Source of the DNA: Gammaproteobacteria bacterium
Lineage (GTDB): Bacteria; Pseudomonadota; Gammaproteobacteria; Steroidobacterales; GCA-2729495
Reading direction: 5' to 3'
DNA length: 64,000 nucleotides
Assembly (NCBI GenBank): GCA_009692345.1
Contig: SHZI01000002.1
Span: 167 to 64,166, forward strand
Shown here: positions 39,182 through 49,722 of the stretch, piece by piece
Position numbering within the stretch: position 1 is the first letter of the stretch
Layout of the letters: the number at the start of each line of letters is the position of its first letter
The notes under the pieces: generated by a model
The model's input: only the letters and a program-made list of their open reading frames with translations
Told to the model about the DNA's origin: nothing
Databases searched by the model: none
Made by a program: the position numbers and the translations under genes

Positions 39182-40098
39182 TGCGTCGCTCCGACGGCGT
39201 TGACTTGAGCCATGTTCAATGACATCACCTGGGGCTGACCATCACGCTCCACGGTCACGGTGACCTGGAGCGCGTCGCCCAGGCTGCGAAAGACTTCCAT
39301 GCCCTGGGCTGGATTATTCAATGCAACGCCATTGATTTCAGTGACAAGATCGCCAGCGCGCAGACCAAGGGAGGAAAACCCCTGCCGGTTCGGCCCCGGG
39401 TAGATGCGATAGCCCTTTAGCTGTCCATTCGGCATGAAGGGTTGTGGCCTCACGACCGCAAGGAAGCCGGGGGCGTTCTGGGCGATCAGTTCCTGCACGT
39501 TGGGCTGTCCCGGCGGCGATACGGCCTGCGGCGGGGCAAAGCCACCCGCAGAGGTTCCAGCCGCGCCCCCGCCCTCCCGGGGCAGTCGCAGCACTTCCAG
39601 TCGGCCCGCCCGGGCCAGAACGACCCGATCTGCCTGGATCTGCTGCACGGTTGCGCCGCCCGGCAGGGTCGAATTCACAAAGTAGACCTGCTCATTGCCG
39701 CTGCCATCCGCGATTATGGCGTGGGCCAGCTTGGGGTTGTCGGCCGCAACCGCGCCGCGCAACTGCAGTGCAAGGCTCGTGTCCGGGGCGGTGAGGGCCG
39801 CATCGCCTGAGACGGGTGGCGCTACCTGGGAGACCTCGCCAAACAAATGGGCCGCCGTGATGGTGGCGTAGGAGGCGGGGGTTGTCGTCTTCGGCCCGCT
39901 TTGCGGCGCTAACTGCGGTGGCTGCCAGGGGGGGGCCGGGCCTGCCGGGTAGAATATCCAGAAAATCCGGGCGAGGTAGTAGCCGATCAGTGTCACCGCC
40001 ATCACGGACACGATGACGGGCAGGTGCTGATTGGCACGCACCACGACCAGTGCCGGCGTCGATCCGCCGAAACGCGAGACTAGATCCTGAACGTTCAC
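39178..40098 (-). CDS. gspC: type II secretion system protein GspC (PDZ domain)
   Basis: 306 aa with an N-terminal TM segment and a C-terminal PDZ-like domain (LKGYRIYPGPNRQGFSSLGLRAGDLVTEINGVALNNP). It sits upstream of gspD. Confidence 0.8.
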   Translation of the reverse strand: MNVQDLVSRFGGSTPALVVVRANQHLPVIVSVMAVTLIGYYLARIFWIFYPAGPAPPWQPPQLAPQSGPKTTTPASYATITAAHLFGEVSQVAPPVSGDAALTAPDTSLALQLRGAVAADNPKLAHAIIADGSGNEQVYFVNSTLPGGATVQQIQADRVVLARAGRLEVLRLPREGGGAAGTSAGGFAPPQAVSPPGQPNVQELIAQNAPGFLAVVRPQPFMPNGQLKGYRIYPGPNRQGFSSLGLRAGDLVTEINGVALNNPAQGMEVFRSLGDALQVTVTVERDGQPQVMSLNMAQVNAVGATQ

Positions 40099-40397
40099 AG
40101 AAGCCCACGAAACCTAAGGGGTTTTAGCATAGTCAGGTCCCGCAAGGGGAGCAACCTCCGAATCGCCCGCAAAGACCGCCTTCCCCCGCGGGAATTAGAG
40201 CCTTCGCGCGCCTGGCGAACCGTGATGGCTTCCACACACCGCAGCAGAGTCTGGTTCAGGCCCGGTTAACGCCGCCTGACCGCGCGGTGCCGCTTAAGGG
40301 GAATCCAAGCCGATGGTCGCAAGCGAATGCGCTAATATCTGCTCAACCTCAAGATTTCCGCAGCCACGACGACTTAGTCTTTACGAGCGACGACTGA

Positions 40398-40736
40398 ATG
40401 GGCAGTGACAACGACAAGGATCTGACCCGGCGCATGGATGATGGCCGGGGGCTTGCCCTTGAGGAAGCTCGCCCCCAAGTCAAGCTTCCACCCCTGTACC
40501 GGGTGGTCTTGCTGAACGATGACTACACGCCGATGGAGTTTGTGGTCGAGGTTCTGGAGTTTATTTTCGCCATGGACAGGCAGAAGGCCACACGAGTCAT
40601 GCTTGAAGTCCACACCCGTGGCAAGGGGGTGTGCGGAGTATTTACCTACGAGATCGCGGAAACGAAGGTAGCGCAGGTCGGCGCCTACGCGCAGCAGCAT
40701 CAGCACCCGCTTCTATGCACGCTTGAGGAAACCTGA
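40398..40736 (+). CDS. clpS: ATP-dependent Clp protease adaptor ClpS
   Basis: [23 protein letters not shown] is the canonical ClpS core. Confidence 0.95.
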   Translation: MGSDNDKDLTRRMDDGRGLALEEARPQVKLPPLYRVVLLNDDYTPMEFVVEVLEFIFAMDRQKATRVMLEVHTRGKGVCGVFTYEIAETKVAQVGAYAQQHQHPLLCTLEET

Positions 40737-40741
40737 TTGTC

Positions 40742-43024
40742 ATGTTGAGCAGTGAACTCGAGTACTGCCTGAATGAGGCCTTCCAGCAGGCCCGGACCAA
40801 ACGTCACGAGTACATGACGGTCGAGCACCTGTTGCTGGCCATCGTTGACGTTCCAACCGTTACCGAGATTCTCAAGGGTTGTGGATCTGACCTGGTCCGG
40901 CTGCGCCGCGATCTGGAGCAGTTTATCGATGAGTCGACTCCCCGGCTGGCCGAGGGCAGCGCCCAGGACGTCCAGCCCACGCTCGGGTTTCAGCGTGTGC
41001 TCCAGCGCGCCGTGTTCCACGTTCAGTCCAGCGGCAAGAAGGAAGTGCGGGGCGAGAATGTGCTGGTGGCCATCTTCGGCGAGAAGCAGTCTCACGCCGT
41101 CTATCTGTTGGGACTCCAGGACGTGACCCGCCTGGATGTCGTGAATTTTATTTCTCACGGACTCTCCAAGCTCCGGGACGATACCGGTGGGCCAAAGAGT
41201 CAGTCCGGGGAAGGCGAGGAGCGTGAGGGTGACGCCAGCGGCAGCGCTCTGGACAACTACGCCACCAACCTGAACAAGCGGGCCCGGGAAGGCAAGATTG
41301 ATCCCCTTATCGGCCGTGAACTTGAGGTGGAGCGGACCATCCAGATCCTCTGTCGCCGGCGAAAGAATAACCCGCTCTATGTGGGCGAGGCTGGGGTGGG
41401 GAAGACGGCGATAGCCGAGGGCCTGGCCAAGATGATCGTTGATGGCCAGGTTCCCGAAGTGCTTGCCAACTGCACGATCTATGCCCTGGACATGGGGTCC
41501 CTGCTCGCTGGCACCAAGTACCGGGGGGACTTCGAGAAGCGCTTCAAGGCGGTCATCAAGGAATTGGGCAAGGATCCCGGTGGCATCCTGTTCATTGACG
41601 AGATTCACACCGTTATCGGTGCGGGCGCTGCCTCCGGCGGTGTTCTGGACGCGTCAAACCTCATCAAGCCGGTCCTGTCGAGTGGTGAGCTGCGCTGTAT
41701 AGGCTCCACGACCTACCGCGAGTACCGGGGCGTCTTCGAGAAGGACCATGCCCTGGCCCGGCGTTTTCAGAAAATCGATATTGTTGAGCCGACCATTTCC
41801 CAGACTATCGAGATCTTGCGTGGCCTCAAGAGCCGCTTTGAGGAATACCACGGCATCGCCTACACGGATGACGCCATCGTTGCTGCCGTGGAGTTATCGG
41901 CCCGGCATATCAATGAACGGCAGTTGCCCGACAAGGCCATCGACGTGATCGACGAGGCGGGCGCCAGCATTCGGCTGGAGCCGGAGGCCACCCGCACCCG
42001 CGAGGTCGGGGTCGTCCAGATAGAAAATGTCATTGCCAAGATGGCGCGGATTCCGCCGAAGAGCGTGTCGGCCTCCGATCGGGATCAGCTGCGGAATCTT
42101 GAGCGGGATCTGAAGCTGGTGATCTTTGGCCAGGACAAGGCCGTCACGGCCCTGTCAGCCGCCATAAAGATGGCCCGCTCCGGGCTGCGGGAGCCGGAGA
42201 AGCCGGTGGGCGCCTTTCTCTTTGCAGGACCCACTGGCGTGGGCAAGACGGAGGTCACCCGGCAGCTGGCCCTGTGTCTCGGCATCGAGTTGATCCGCTT
42301 CGACATGTCCGAATACATGGAGCGGCACACGGTTTCCCGCCTGATTGGTGCGCCGCCAGGCTATGTGGGCTTCGATCAGGGCGGGTTGTTGACGGAAGCT
42401 GTCAGTAAGCATCCCCATGCGGTCCTGCTCCTGGATGAAATTGAGAAGGCTCATCCTGAGGTGTTCAACCTCCTGCTCCAGGTCATGGATCACGGCACCC
42501 TGACGGACAACAACGGCCGCAAGGCAGATTTCCGCAACGTTATTCTCGTCATGACCACGAACGCTGGCGCCCAGGAGATGGGCCGGGCCTCCATGGGCTT
42601 TACAGAGCAGGACAACAGCGCGGATGGCATGGCCATCATCAACCGGATGTTCACGCCGGAGTTCCGCAACCGCCTGGATACGATCATCCAGTTTGCCCCC
42701 CTCGGACCAGAGGCAATCCTGCGCGTGGTCGACAAGTTGGTCATGGAGCTGGAAGCTCAGCTGGACAAGAACGCGGTAACGATCGAGCTGGAGCCGGCTG
42801 CCCGTCAGTGGATTGCCGACAAGGGCTACGATCCGAAGATGGGTGCCCGGCCGATGGCCAGGGTCATTCAGGAGCAGGTGAAGCGGCCGCTGGCCGAGCA
42901 GTTGCTGTTCGGCGATCTGGCCAAGGGTGGCCACGTCAGAATATCGCTGGACGACTCAGGTGAGCTGCGCCTGGTGACCACGCCGGCCACCATGGCCCTG
43001 GAGCACATCCCGGATCCGGCCTGA
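40742..43024 (+). CDS. clpA: ATP-dependent Clp protease ATP-binding subunit ClpA
   Basis: 760 aa with two AAA+ modules (GEAGVGKTAIAEGLA; GPTGVGKTEVTRQLA). Confidence 0.97.
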   Translation: MLSSELEYCLNEAFQQARTKRHEYMTVEHLLLAIVDVPTVTEILKGCGSDLVRLRRDLEQFIDESTPRLAEGSAQDVQPTLGFQRVLQRAVFHVQSSGKKEVRGENVLVAIFGEKQSHAVYLLGLQDVTRLDVVNFISHGLSKLRDDTGGPKSQSGEGEEREGDASGSALDNYATNLNKRAREGKIDPLIGRELEVERTIQILCRRRKNNPLYVGEAGVGKTAIAEGLAKMIVDGQVPEVLANCTIYALDMGSLLAGTKYRGDFEKRFKAVIKELGKDPGGILFIDEIHTVIGAGAASGGVLDASNLIKPVLSSGELRCIGSTTYREYRGVFEKDHALARRFQKIDIVEPTISQTIEILRGLKSRFEEYHGIAYTDDAIVAAVELSARHINERQLPDKAIDVIDEAGASIRLEPEATRTREVGVVQIENVIAKMARIPPKSVSASDRDQLRNLERDLKLVIFGQDKAVTALSAAIKMARSGLREPEKPVGAFLFAGPTGVGKTEVTRQLALCLGIELIRFDMSEYMERHTVSRLIGAPPGYVGFDQGGLLTEAVSKHPHAVLLLDEIEKAHPEVFNLLLQVMDHGTLTDNNGRKADFRNVILVMTTNAGAQEMGRASMGFTEQDNSADGMAIINRMFTPEFRNRLDTIIQFAPLGPEAILRVVDKLVMELEAQLDKNAVTIELEPAARQWIADKGYDPKMGARPMARVIQEQVKRPLAEQLLFGDLAKGGHVRISLDDSGELRLVTTPATMALEHIPDPA

Positions 43025-43075
43025 CTTTCGGCCTGCTGACGGACCCCAGATCAAGTCCCCGGTGGGCTCGACCTG

Positions 43076-43294
43076 CTACCGCGCCCGGAAGGTAATGCGT
43101 CCTTTGGAGAGGTCGTAAGGGGTGAGTTCGACCGTGACCCGGTCCCCCGTGAGAATCCGAATATAGTTCTTGCGCATCTTTCCTGAGATGTGCGCGTTCA
43201 CAAGATGGCCGTTATCGAGGGTTACCCGAAACGTCGTGTTAGGCAGGGTCTCGGTGACGACCCCGTCCATCGTGATGGCTTCTTCTTTCGACAT
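43076..43294 (-). CDS. infA: translation initiation factor IF-1
   Basis: 72 aa; [53 protein letters not shown]. Confidence 0.97.
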   Translation of the reverse strand: MSKEEAITMDGVVTETLPNTTFRVTLDNGHLVNAHISGKMRKNYIRILTGDRVTVELTPYDLSKGRITFRAR

Positions 43295-43336
43295 GGAGAC
43301 TCCGGCGGAACGGGGCGCGATTGTCGTCGAACTCGT

Positions 43337-44113
43337 TCAGACGTGCAAGGGAGCCGGAATTTCCAGCGGCCGGACAAGGCTTTGCGTCGGCCGGGGTTCG
43401 GCGCGCCAGGCCCCAACCCGGCCCGCGGCAGCGCTGAGCGTCTGAATCTGACGGAGAAACTCATCCCGGGGCATCAACTGGCTGCCCAGCGTGGCCAGGT
43501 GGCGGCTTGCGACCTGGCAGTCAATCAGCGTTATGCCCTGGTCCTCGGCCAGCCGCACAAGCTTGACCAGAGCAGCCTTGGAAGCATCCGGCACCCGGCT
43601 AAACATCGATTCACCGAAGAACACATCGCCCAGTGCGATCCCGTACAGCCCGCCCGCAAGGTCCGATCCCCGCCAGATTTCTATCGAGTGTGCGTACCCC
43701 AGTGTGTGCAGGCAGAGATAGGCTGAGCGCATTTCTGGCGTAATCCAGGTGCCGGTGGCGGCGCGCGTGTCTGCACACCCAGCGATTACTGCCCCGAAGG
43801 CCAGATCCACCGAGACCCGGAAGCGATCGCCCAGCAGTGTCCGCCTGAGAGTCCGGGAAATGTGGAGCTTCTCGGGCAGGAGTACTGCCCGCGGATCGGG
43901 CGACCACCAGAGAACCGGTTGGCCTTCTTCATACCAGGGAAAGATGCCGCGGCCGTAGGCGGCCAGCAGTCTTGCCGGCGTGAGGTCGCCGCCTACAGCG
44001 ACCAGGCCGTCCGCCTCAGCCGTGCCCCGGGTCAGATCAGGGAAGGACTCGGGCGGATCGCTGGGCTTGAGGAACACGATTGAACCGGTGGCCGCGGATG
44101 CCGTCCTGCTCAC
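43337..44113 (-). CDS. aat: leucyl/phenylalanyl-tRNA--protein transferase
   Basis: 258 aa; GIFPWYEEGQPVLWWSPDPRAVL...GESMFSR motifs. The GTG start shares GTGA with the upstream stop. Confidence 0.92.
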   Translation of the reverse strand: MSRTASAATGSIVFLKPSDPPESFPDLTRGTAEADGLVAVGGDLTPARLLAAYGRGIFPWYEEGQPVLWWSPDPRAVLLPEKLHISRTLRRTLLGDRFRVSVDLAFGAVIAGCADTRAATGTWITPEMRSAYLCLHTLGYAHSIEIWRGSDLAGGLYGIALGDVFFGESMFSRVPDASKAALVKLVRLAEDQGITLIDCQVASRHLATLGSQLMPRDEFLRQIQTLSAAAGRVGAWRAEPRPTQSLVRPLEIPAPLHV

Positions 44114-45252
44114 GTCGAACTCTTTTTGTAGGGGACGTGGTCGCGAGCGGCATCGATGTACTCATCGATATGGCTGCGCTCGCGATCCAGATACTGGTCT
44201 ATAGCCGCGGCAAACTGGGGATGCGAGAGCCAGTGCGCTGACCAGGTTTCGGTTGGCACAAACCCCCGGCTGATCTTGTGCTCGCCCTGTGTGCCTGGCT
44301 CGAAGGACTGAAGGCCCTGCTCTATGCAGTACTCAATGCCCTGGTAGTAGCAGGTCTCAAAGTGCAGGCTGTGGTACTCCCCCTCGCTGCCCCAGTAGCG
44401 TCCATAGAGCGTGTCTGCGCTCCGAAAGCAGAGGGCCGTTGCCACCGGCCTGCCACTCCGCATAGCCACAATGGCCAGCACGTTGTCCGGGAGCAGGGTG
44501 CTGATCCTCGTGAAGAAGGCTTCATTGAGGTAAGGCTCCCGGCCTCGTCGCCAGAATGAACTTGCATACAGGGGCATCAGTTGCTGCCACAACCCGGCAT
44601 CGATCTCAGCGCCGGTGAGGCGAAGAAAGCTGATTCCTGCCTCTGCTACCCGCCGGCGTTCCCGCTTGGCCTTCTTGCGTTTCTCGGCAGTGAACTCCCC
44701 GAGGAAGGCATCGAAGTCCGCGTAGCCCCGGTTACGCCAGTGGAACTGGCAGTCCTTTCGCGACAGAAAACCAGCCGTCGCCAGAACGCCGGTCTCGGCG
44801 GTGGTGGGGAACAGCACATGCACCGATGACGCCCCGATTTTCCGGGCCAACTCGGTTGACCCTGCCAGCAGGGCCCCAGCGACGAGCGCGGGTTCCTGGC
44901 CTGCTCCAGTCAGAAAGCGGGGGCTCGTGGCTGGGGTAAACGGCACTGCCGAGACGAGCTTGGGGTAGTAGTGGAGTCCGGCCCGCCGATAGGCGTCCGC
45001 CCAGGCGAAATCGAAGACGAACTCCCCCTGGGAACTGGTCTTGCGATAGAGCGGCATGGCTCCAACCAACTGGCCTGCGTCGTCCCGCAGGAGCAGATGA
45101 CAGGGGTACCAGCCAGTACTGCCCCCGACACAGCCCGTCTCTTCGAGGGCAAGCAGGAACTCGTGGCGGAGAAAAGGGTACTCGGAGCCCGACAGTCTGT
45201 TCCAGTCGTCGGGGGCCACCGCCGCCAGGGACTGCGCAACTTCAAGCAACAA
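44110..45252 (-). CDS. FemAB-like / GNAT-fold protein (DUF482 family)
   Basis: 380 aa. The N-terminus WNRLSGSEYPFLRHEFLLALEETGCVGGSTGWYPCHLLL and C-terminus CYYQGIEYCIEQGLQSFEPGTQGEHKISRGF match my memory of DUF482 (PF04339). Confidence 0.75.
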   Translation of the reverse strand: MLLEVAQSLAAVAPDDWNRLSGSEYPFLRHEFLLALEETGCVGGSTGWYPCHLLLRDDAGQLVGAMPLYRKTSSQGEFVFDFAWADAYRRAGLHYYPKLVSAVPFTPATSPRFLTGAGQEPALVAGALLAGSTELARKIGASSVHVLFPTTAETGVLATAGFLSRKDCQFHWRNRGYADFDAFLGEFTAEKRKKAKRERRRVAEAGISFLRLTGAEIDAGLWQQLMPLYASSFWRRGREPYLNEAFFTRISTLLPDNVLAIVAMRSGRPVATALCFRSADTLYGRYWGSEGEYHSLHFETCYYQGIEYCIEQGLQSFEPGTQGEHKISRGFVPTETWSAHWLSHPQFAAAIDQYLDRERSHIDEYIDAARDHVPYKKSST

Positions 45253-45273
45253 GGGAGCGGATCGTCTGGGTCA

Positions 45274-46242
<969 letters not shown>

Positions 46243-46357
46243 TTAGGCGATGGCCGACGCTTGCGTCCAAACCATGGACTGCTATCATTCAATCAGTTAT
46301 CTGCTTGACGGGCGGGCAGTTAACCAGCGTTGTTGCTGCGTCTTCTCAGGGAATAGA

Positions 46358-48673
46358 GTGGCCAGAGCGATAGGCATAGAAAGTCGCGGCCTTGCCGCGC
46401 CGCTTACCCATGCCGTGCGTGAAGCGGCACTGTGGGTGCTGGGGGCGATCTCCCTGATCATGCTGGTTGCTCTGCTGACCTACAGTCCGCAGGATCCTGG
46501 CTTTAGTCACACCGGCAACGGGACACTCCTGCACAATCTGATCGGCGGCATTGGCGCCTGGTATGCCGACGTTGCCTTCAGTCTGTTTGGCGGTCCCGCG
46601 TTGCTCTTTCCCGCCATGACGCTGCTGGTGGGCTGGATACTCTTCACCGCGCGCTTAAGTCCCGGGCCCGTTGACCGGCGGGTTCTCATCACCCGACTGT
46701 CGGGCTTTGCGCTGACGCTGGCCACCAGCTGCGCACTGGCCACGCTGCATTTTGGTCCGCACGGCCTCCCGCAGACTGCCGGTGGCGCGTTTGGCGAACT
46801 CCTGGGCAACGGTCTCGCCGGGGGGCTCGGGCGGCTCGGTGCAACCCTGCTCCTCCTGGCGTCCTGGCTCGCGGGCGTCTCCCTGTTCACAGGCCTCTCC
46901 TGGCTGGCCGTCATGGACCGGGTAGGGCACTACGTTCTCGATGGTGCGGACCGGGCCCGGACCCTGTTCTCCGAGTTCCAGTCCCGCACAGCAGGCCGGC
47001 GCGTCCAGGAAGAGCGGCAGGAGGTCGTCCGCAAGGAGCGCAAGAAGGTCGAGAAGAAGGTGCCGCCCCAGATCTACCCCGTGCTCGCCGCGCCCGAGCC
47101 CAGCCAGAGGGTCGAGAAAGAGCGGCAGGTCCAGTTGTTCAATGGCCCCGTTCTGCCCGGTGAGTTGCCACCCCTGTCGCTGCTGGACGATCCCCCGGAG
47201 CGTCCTCCGGGATACTCCAAGGAATCGCTGGAAGCCATATCCCGCCTCGTCGAGCTCAAGCTGCGGGATTTCGGCGTCGAGGTCGAAGTGGTAGCGGTGC
47301 AGCCTGGTCCCATCGTTACGCGCTTCGAGCTGGCCCCGGCGCCGGGCGTCAAAGTGAGTCAGATCAGCAACCTCTCCAAGGATCTCGCCCGCTCGCTGTC
47401 CGCTATCAGTGTGCGGGTCGTTGAAGTCATTCCAGGCAAGCCTACCGTGGGTCTCGAGATTCCAAATGAGACCCGCGAGATGGTGACCCTGGGGGAGATT
47501 CTTCGCTCCAATGCCTATGAGGAAATGCCCTCACCCCTGACGCTGGCCCTGGGCAAGGACATCGGCGGCAAGTCCGTAGTGGCGGATCTCCAGCGCATGC
47601 CGCATCTAATGATCGCGGGCACTACCGGTTCTGGTAAGTCGGTGGGCATCAACGCCATGGTTCTTAGCCTGCTGTTCAAGGCAACGGCTGAAGACGTGCG
47701 GATGATCATGATCGATCCGAAGATGCTTGAGTTGTCGGTCTACGAGGGCATCCCGCACCTCCTTGCACCCGTCGTGACCGACATGAAGGAGTCCGCCAAC
47801 GCATTGCGGTGGTGCGTAGCGGAAATGGAGCGTCGCTACCGCCTCATGGCCGCGCTAGGCGTCCGCAATCTCGGTGGCTTTAACCGCAAGGTCAAGATTG
47901 CCCTCGACAAAGGCGAGCCCATTCCTGATCCGCTGGTAGGTACGGAGTACGCGCCCAAGCCCCGGGTGGACGGCTCCGTGCCCACCCTGACGACGTTGCC
48001 GCACATCGTGGTGATCATCGATGAGCTGGCTGACATGATGATGATTGTCGGCAAGAAGGTCGAAGAGCTGATCACCCGGCTCGCGCAGAAGGCGAGGGCC
48101 TCGGGAATCCACCTGATTATTGCTACCCAGCGTCCTTCCGTGGACGTCATCACCGGGCTGATCAAGGCCAATATCCCCACGCGCATTGCGTTTCAGGTGT
48201 CTGCCAAGGTCGACTCCCGCACGATCCTCGACCAGAGTGGTGCCGAAAGCCTCCTGGGTCACGGCGACATGCTGTTCTTGCCGCCGGGGACCAGCATGCC
48301 ACTGCGCGTCCACGGTGCGTTTGTCTCCGACCAGGAAGTCCATCGCGTTGTGGCTCATCTCAAGGGGAGCGGCCCGCCGGTGTATCTCGACGAGATCACC
48401 GAGGGGCCGGCGCTTGGCTTTCCGGGGATACCGGGCGAAACACCCCAGGGCGGTGAGGCTGATGGTGAGGAGGACGCCCTCTACGACCAGGCGGTCAAGA
48501 TCGTCTGCGAAACCCGGCGGGCCTCAGTGTCCGGCATCCAGCGTCGCCTGAAGATCGGCTACAACCGTGCCGCCCGGCTCGTCGAGAGCATGGAGGCAGC
48601 CGGCCTTGTAGGCCAACTCCAGTCCAATGGCTTCCGGGAAGTCCTCGCACCGCCGCCGCCCGAAAACGACTGA
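46358..48673 (+). CDS. ftsK: DNA translocase FtsK
   Basis: N-terminal TM domain, a Pro-rich linker, a motor domain ([14 protein letters not shown]) and a gamma domain ([21 protein letters not shown]). I place the start at GTG 46358 (AGGGA RBS), but it is uncertain. Confidence 0.9.
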   Translation: MARAIGIESRGLAAPLTHAVREAALWVLGAISLIMLVALLTYSPQDPGFSHTGNGTLLHNLIGGIGAWYADVAFSLFGGPALLFPAMTLLVGWILFTARLSPGPVDRRVLITRLSGFALTLATSCALATLHFGPHGLPQTAGGAFGELLGNGLAGGLGRLGATLLLLASWLAGVSLFTGLSWLAVMDRVGHYVLDGADRARTLFSEFQSRTAGRRVQEERQEVVRKERKKVEKKVPPQIYPVLAAPEPSQRVEKERQVQLFNGPVLPGELPPLSLLDDPPERPPGYSKESLEAISRLVELKLRDFGVEVEVVAVQPGPIVTRFELAPAPGVKVSQISNLSKDLARSLSAISVRVVEVIPGKPTVGLEIPNETREMVTLGEILRSNAYEEMPSPLTLALGKDIGGKSVVADLQRMPHLMIAGTTGSGKSVGINAMVLSLLFKATAEDVRMIMIDPKMLELSVYEGIPHLLAPVVTDMKESANALRWCVAEMERRYRLMAALGVRNLGGFNRKVKIALDKGEPIPDPLVGTEYAPKPRVDGSVPTLTTLPHIVVIIDELADMMMIVGKKVEELITRLAQKARASGIHLIIATQRPSVDVITGLIKANIPTRIAFQVSAKVDSRTILDQSGAESLLGHGDMLFLPPGTSMPLRVHGAFVSDQEVHRVVAHLKGSGPPVYLDEITEGPALGFPGIPGETPQGGEADGEEDALYDQAVKIVCETRRASVSGIQRRLKIGYNRAARLVESMEAAGLVGQLQSNGFREVLAPPPPEND

Positions 48674-48689
48674 GTCCGTTCTGCCGTTC

Positions 48690-49328
48690 ATGGCTCGCTC
48701 GTTGCGCCTCTTTATCGTTCTCCTCGCGCTGACCGCTACCGGGGCGTCAGCGGCGGGTCCCGAGACCGGTGTGGTGCGGCTGCGCGCTTTCCTGGCAAAT
48801 GTTCAGGTGCTGGAAGCCAGGTTCCGGCAGCAGGTCATCGATTCCCGCCAGCGGGTCCTTGAAGACGCGTCGGGCTCCGTCGTCATGCAGAGGCCTGGCC
48901 GGTTCCGCTGGAACTACGAGAAGCCGTTCGAACGGGTGATCGTCGCAGACGGGGAGAGGGTCTGGCTCTATGAGGCCGATCTGCAACAGGTCACCATTCG
49001 GCGCCTGACGGCTGGGATTGGCGATACTCCCGCTGCCCTTCTGACAGGCAAGGAATCCGTCCTGGAGCGCTTCACGATTGAGAAGTCCTGGATGGAAGAG
49101 GGTCTGGCGCTGGTGCGTCTGGTGCCCCGGTCGGCCGACGCGGACTTTGCGGGCGTCACGCTGGGCTTTGACGGCGCCGAATTGCGGCGTCTCGTCCTCG
49201 ACGACCGCCTGGGTCAGCAGACCCGCATTGATCTCACGGAAGTCCGGACCAATCCGCGCGTGTCCCCGGAGGTGTTCCGCTTCCAGACCCCAGCCGGGGC
49301 TGACGTGATCGACGACAGCGAGCTCTGA
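48690..49328 (+). CDS. lolA: outer-membrane lipoprotein carrier protein LolA
   Basis: ATG 48690 with a signal peptide MARSLRLFIVLLALTATGASA. It has the F..V.D......SG..V..RPGRFRW.Y pattern. Confidence 0.9.
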   Translation: MARSLRLFIVLLALTATGASAAGPETGVVRLRAFLANVQVLEARFRQQVIDSRQRVLEDASGSVVMQRPGRFRWNYEKPFERVIVADGERVWLYEADLQQVTIRRLTAGIGDTPAALLTGKESVLERFTIEKSWMEEGLALVRLVPRSADADFAGVTLGFDGAELRRLVLDDRLGQQTRIDLTEVRTNPRVSPEVFRFQTPAGADVIDDSEL

Positions 49329-49335
49329 GTTCGGA

Positions 49336-49722
49336 ATGCAGGCACTGCGGTATGGCCGGGCGTGGCTATTTGCTGGAGGCGTACTTCTGGTTATCGGCCT
49401 GCTGTCAGCGCTGTCCCCGGTGCAGTCGCTGGTCCCCGTGAGCATGAATGACAAGGTCCTGCATGCCCTGGGTTTCCTGTTCTTCATGCTCTGGTTTGGC
49501 GGCGTCTTCCCGGTCCGGGTTGCACCATTACTGGTTGTGGGTCTGGCGTCCTACGGTATCTTCATTGAGGTACTGCAGAGCTTCACCCCAACGCGCGAGG
49601 CGGAATTCCTGGACCTCGTCGCGGACCTCGCCGGGATTCTCGTGGGCTGGGCGCTGAGCAGGGCTGGCTTCTCCCGCTGGTGTGCAACACTGGAGTCATG
49701 GCTCGTCCCCCAAAAGTCCTGA
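49336..49722 (+). CDS. VanZ-family membrane protein
   Basis: 128 aa with 4 TM segments; the NDKVLHALGFLFF motif is present. Confidence 0.7.
   Translation: MQALRYGRAWLFAGGVLLVIGLLSALSPVQSLVPVSMNDKVLHALGFLFFMLWFGGVFPVRVAPLLVVGLASYGIFIEVLQSFTPTREAEFLDLVADLAGILVGWALSRAGFSRWCATLESWLVPQKS

Noticed and set aside
46250-46357. ftsK start at ATG 46250
   Set aside because: The first 36 codons ([30 protein letters not shown]...) are Cys-rich and lower in GC, unlike FtsK N-termini. GTG 46358, with an AGGGA RBS, fits better.
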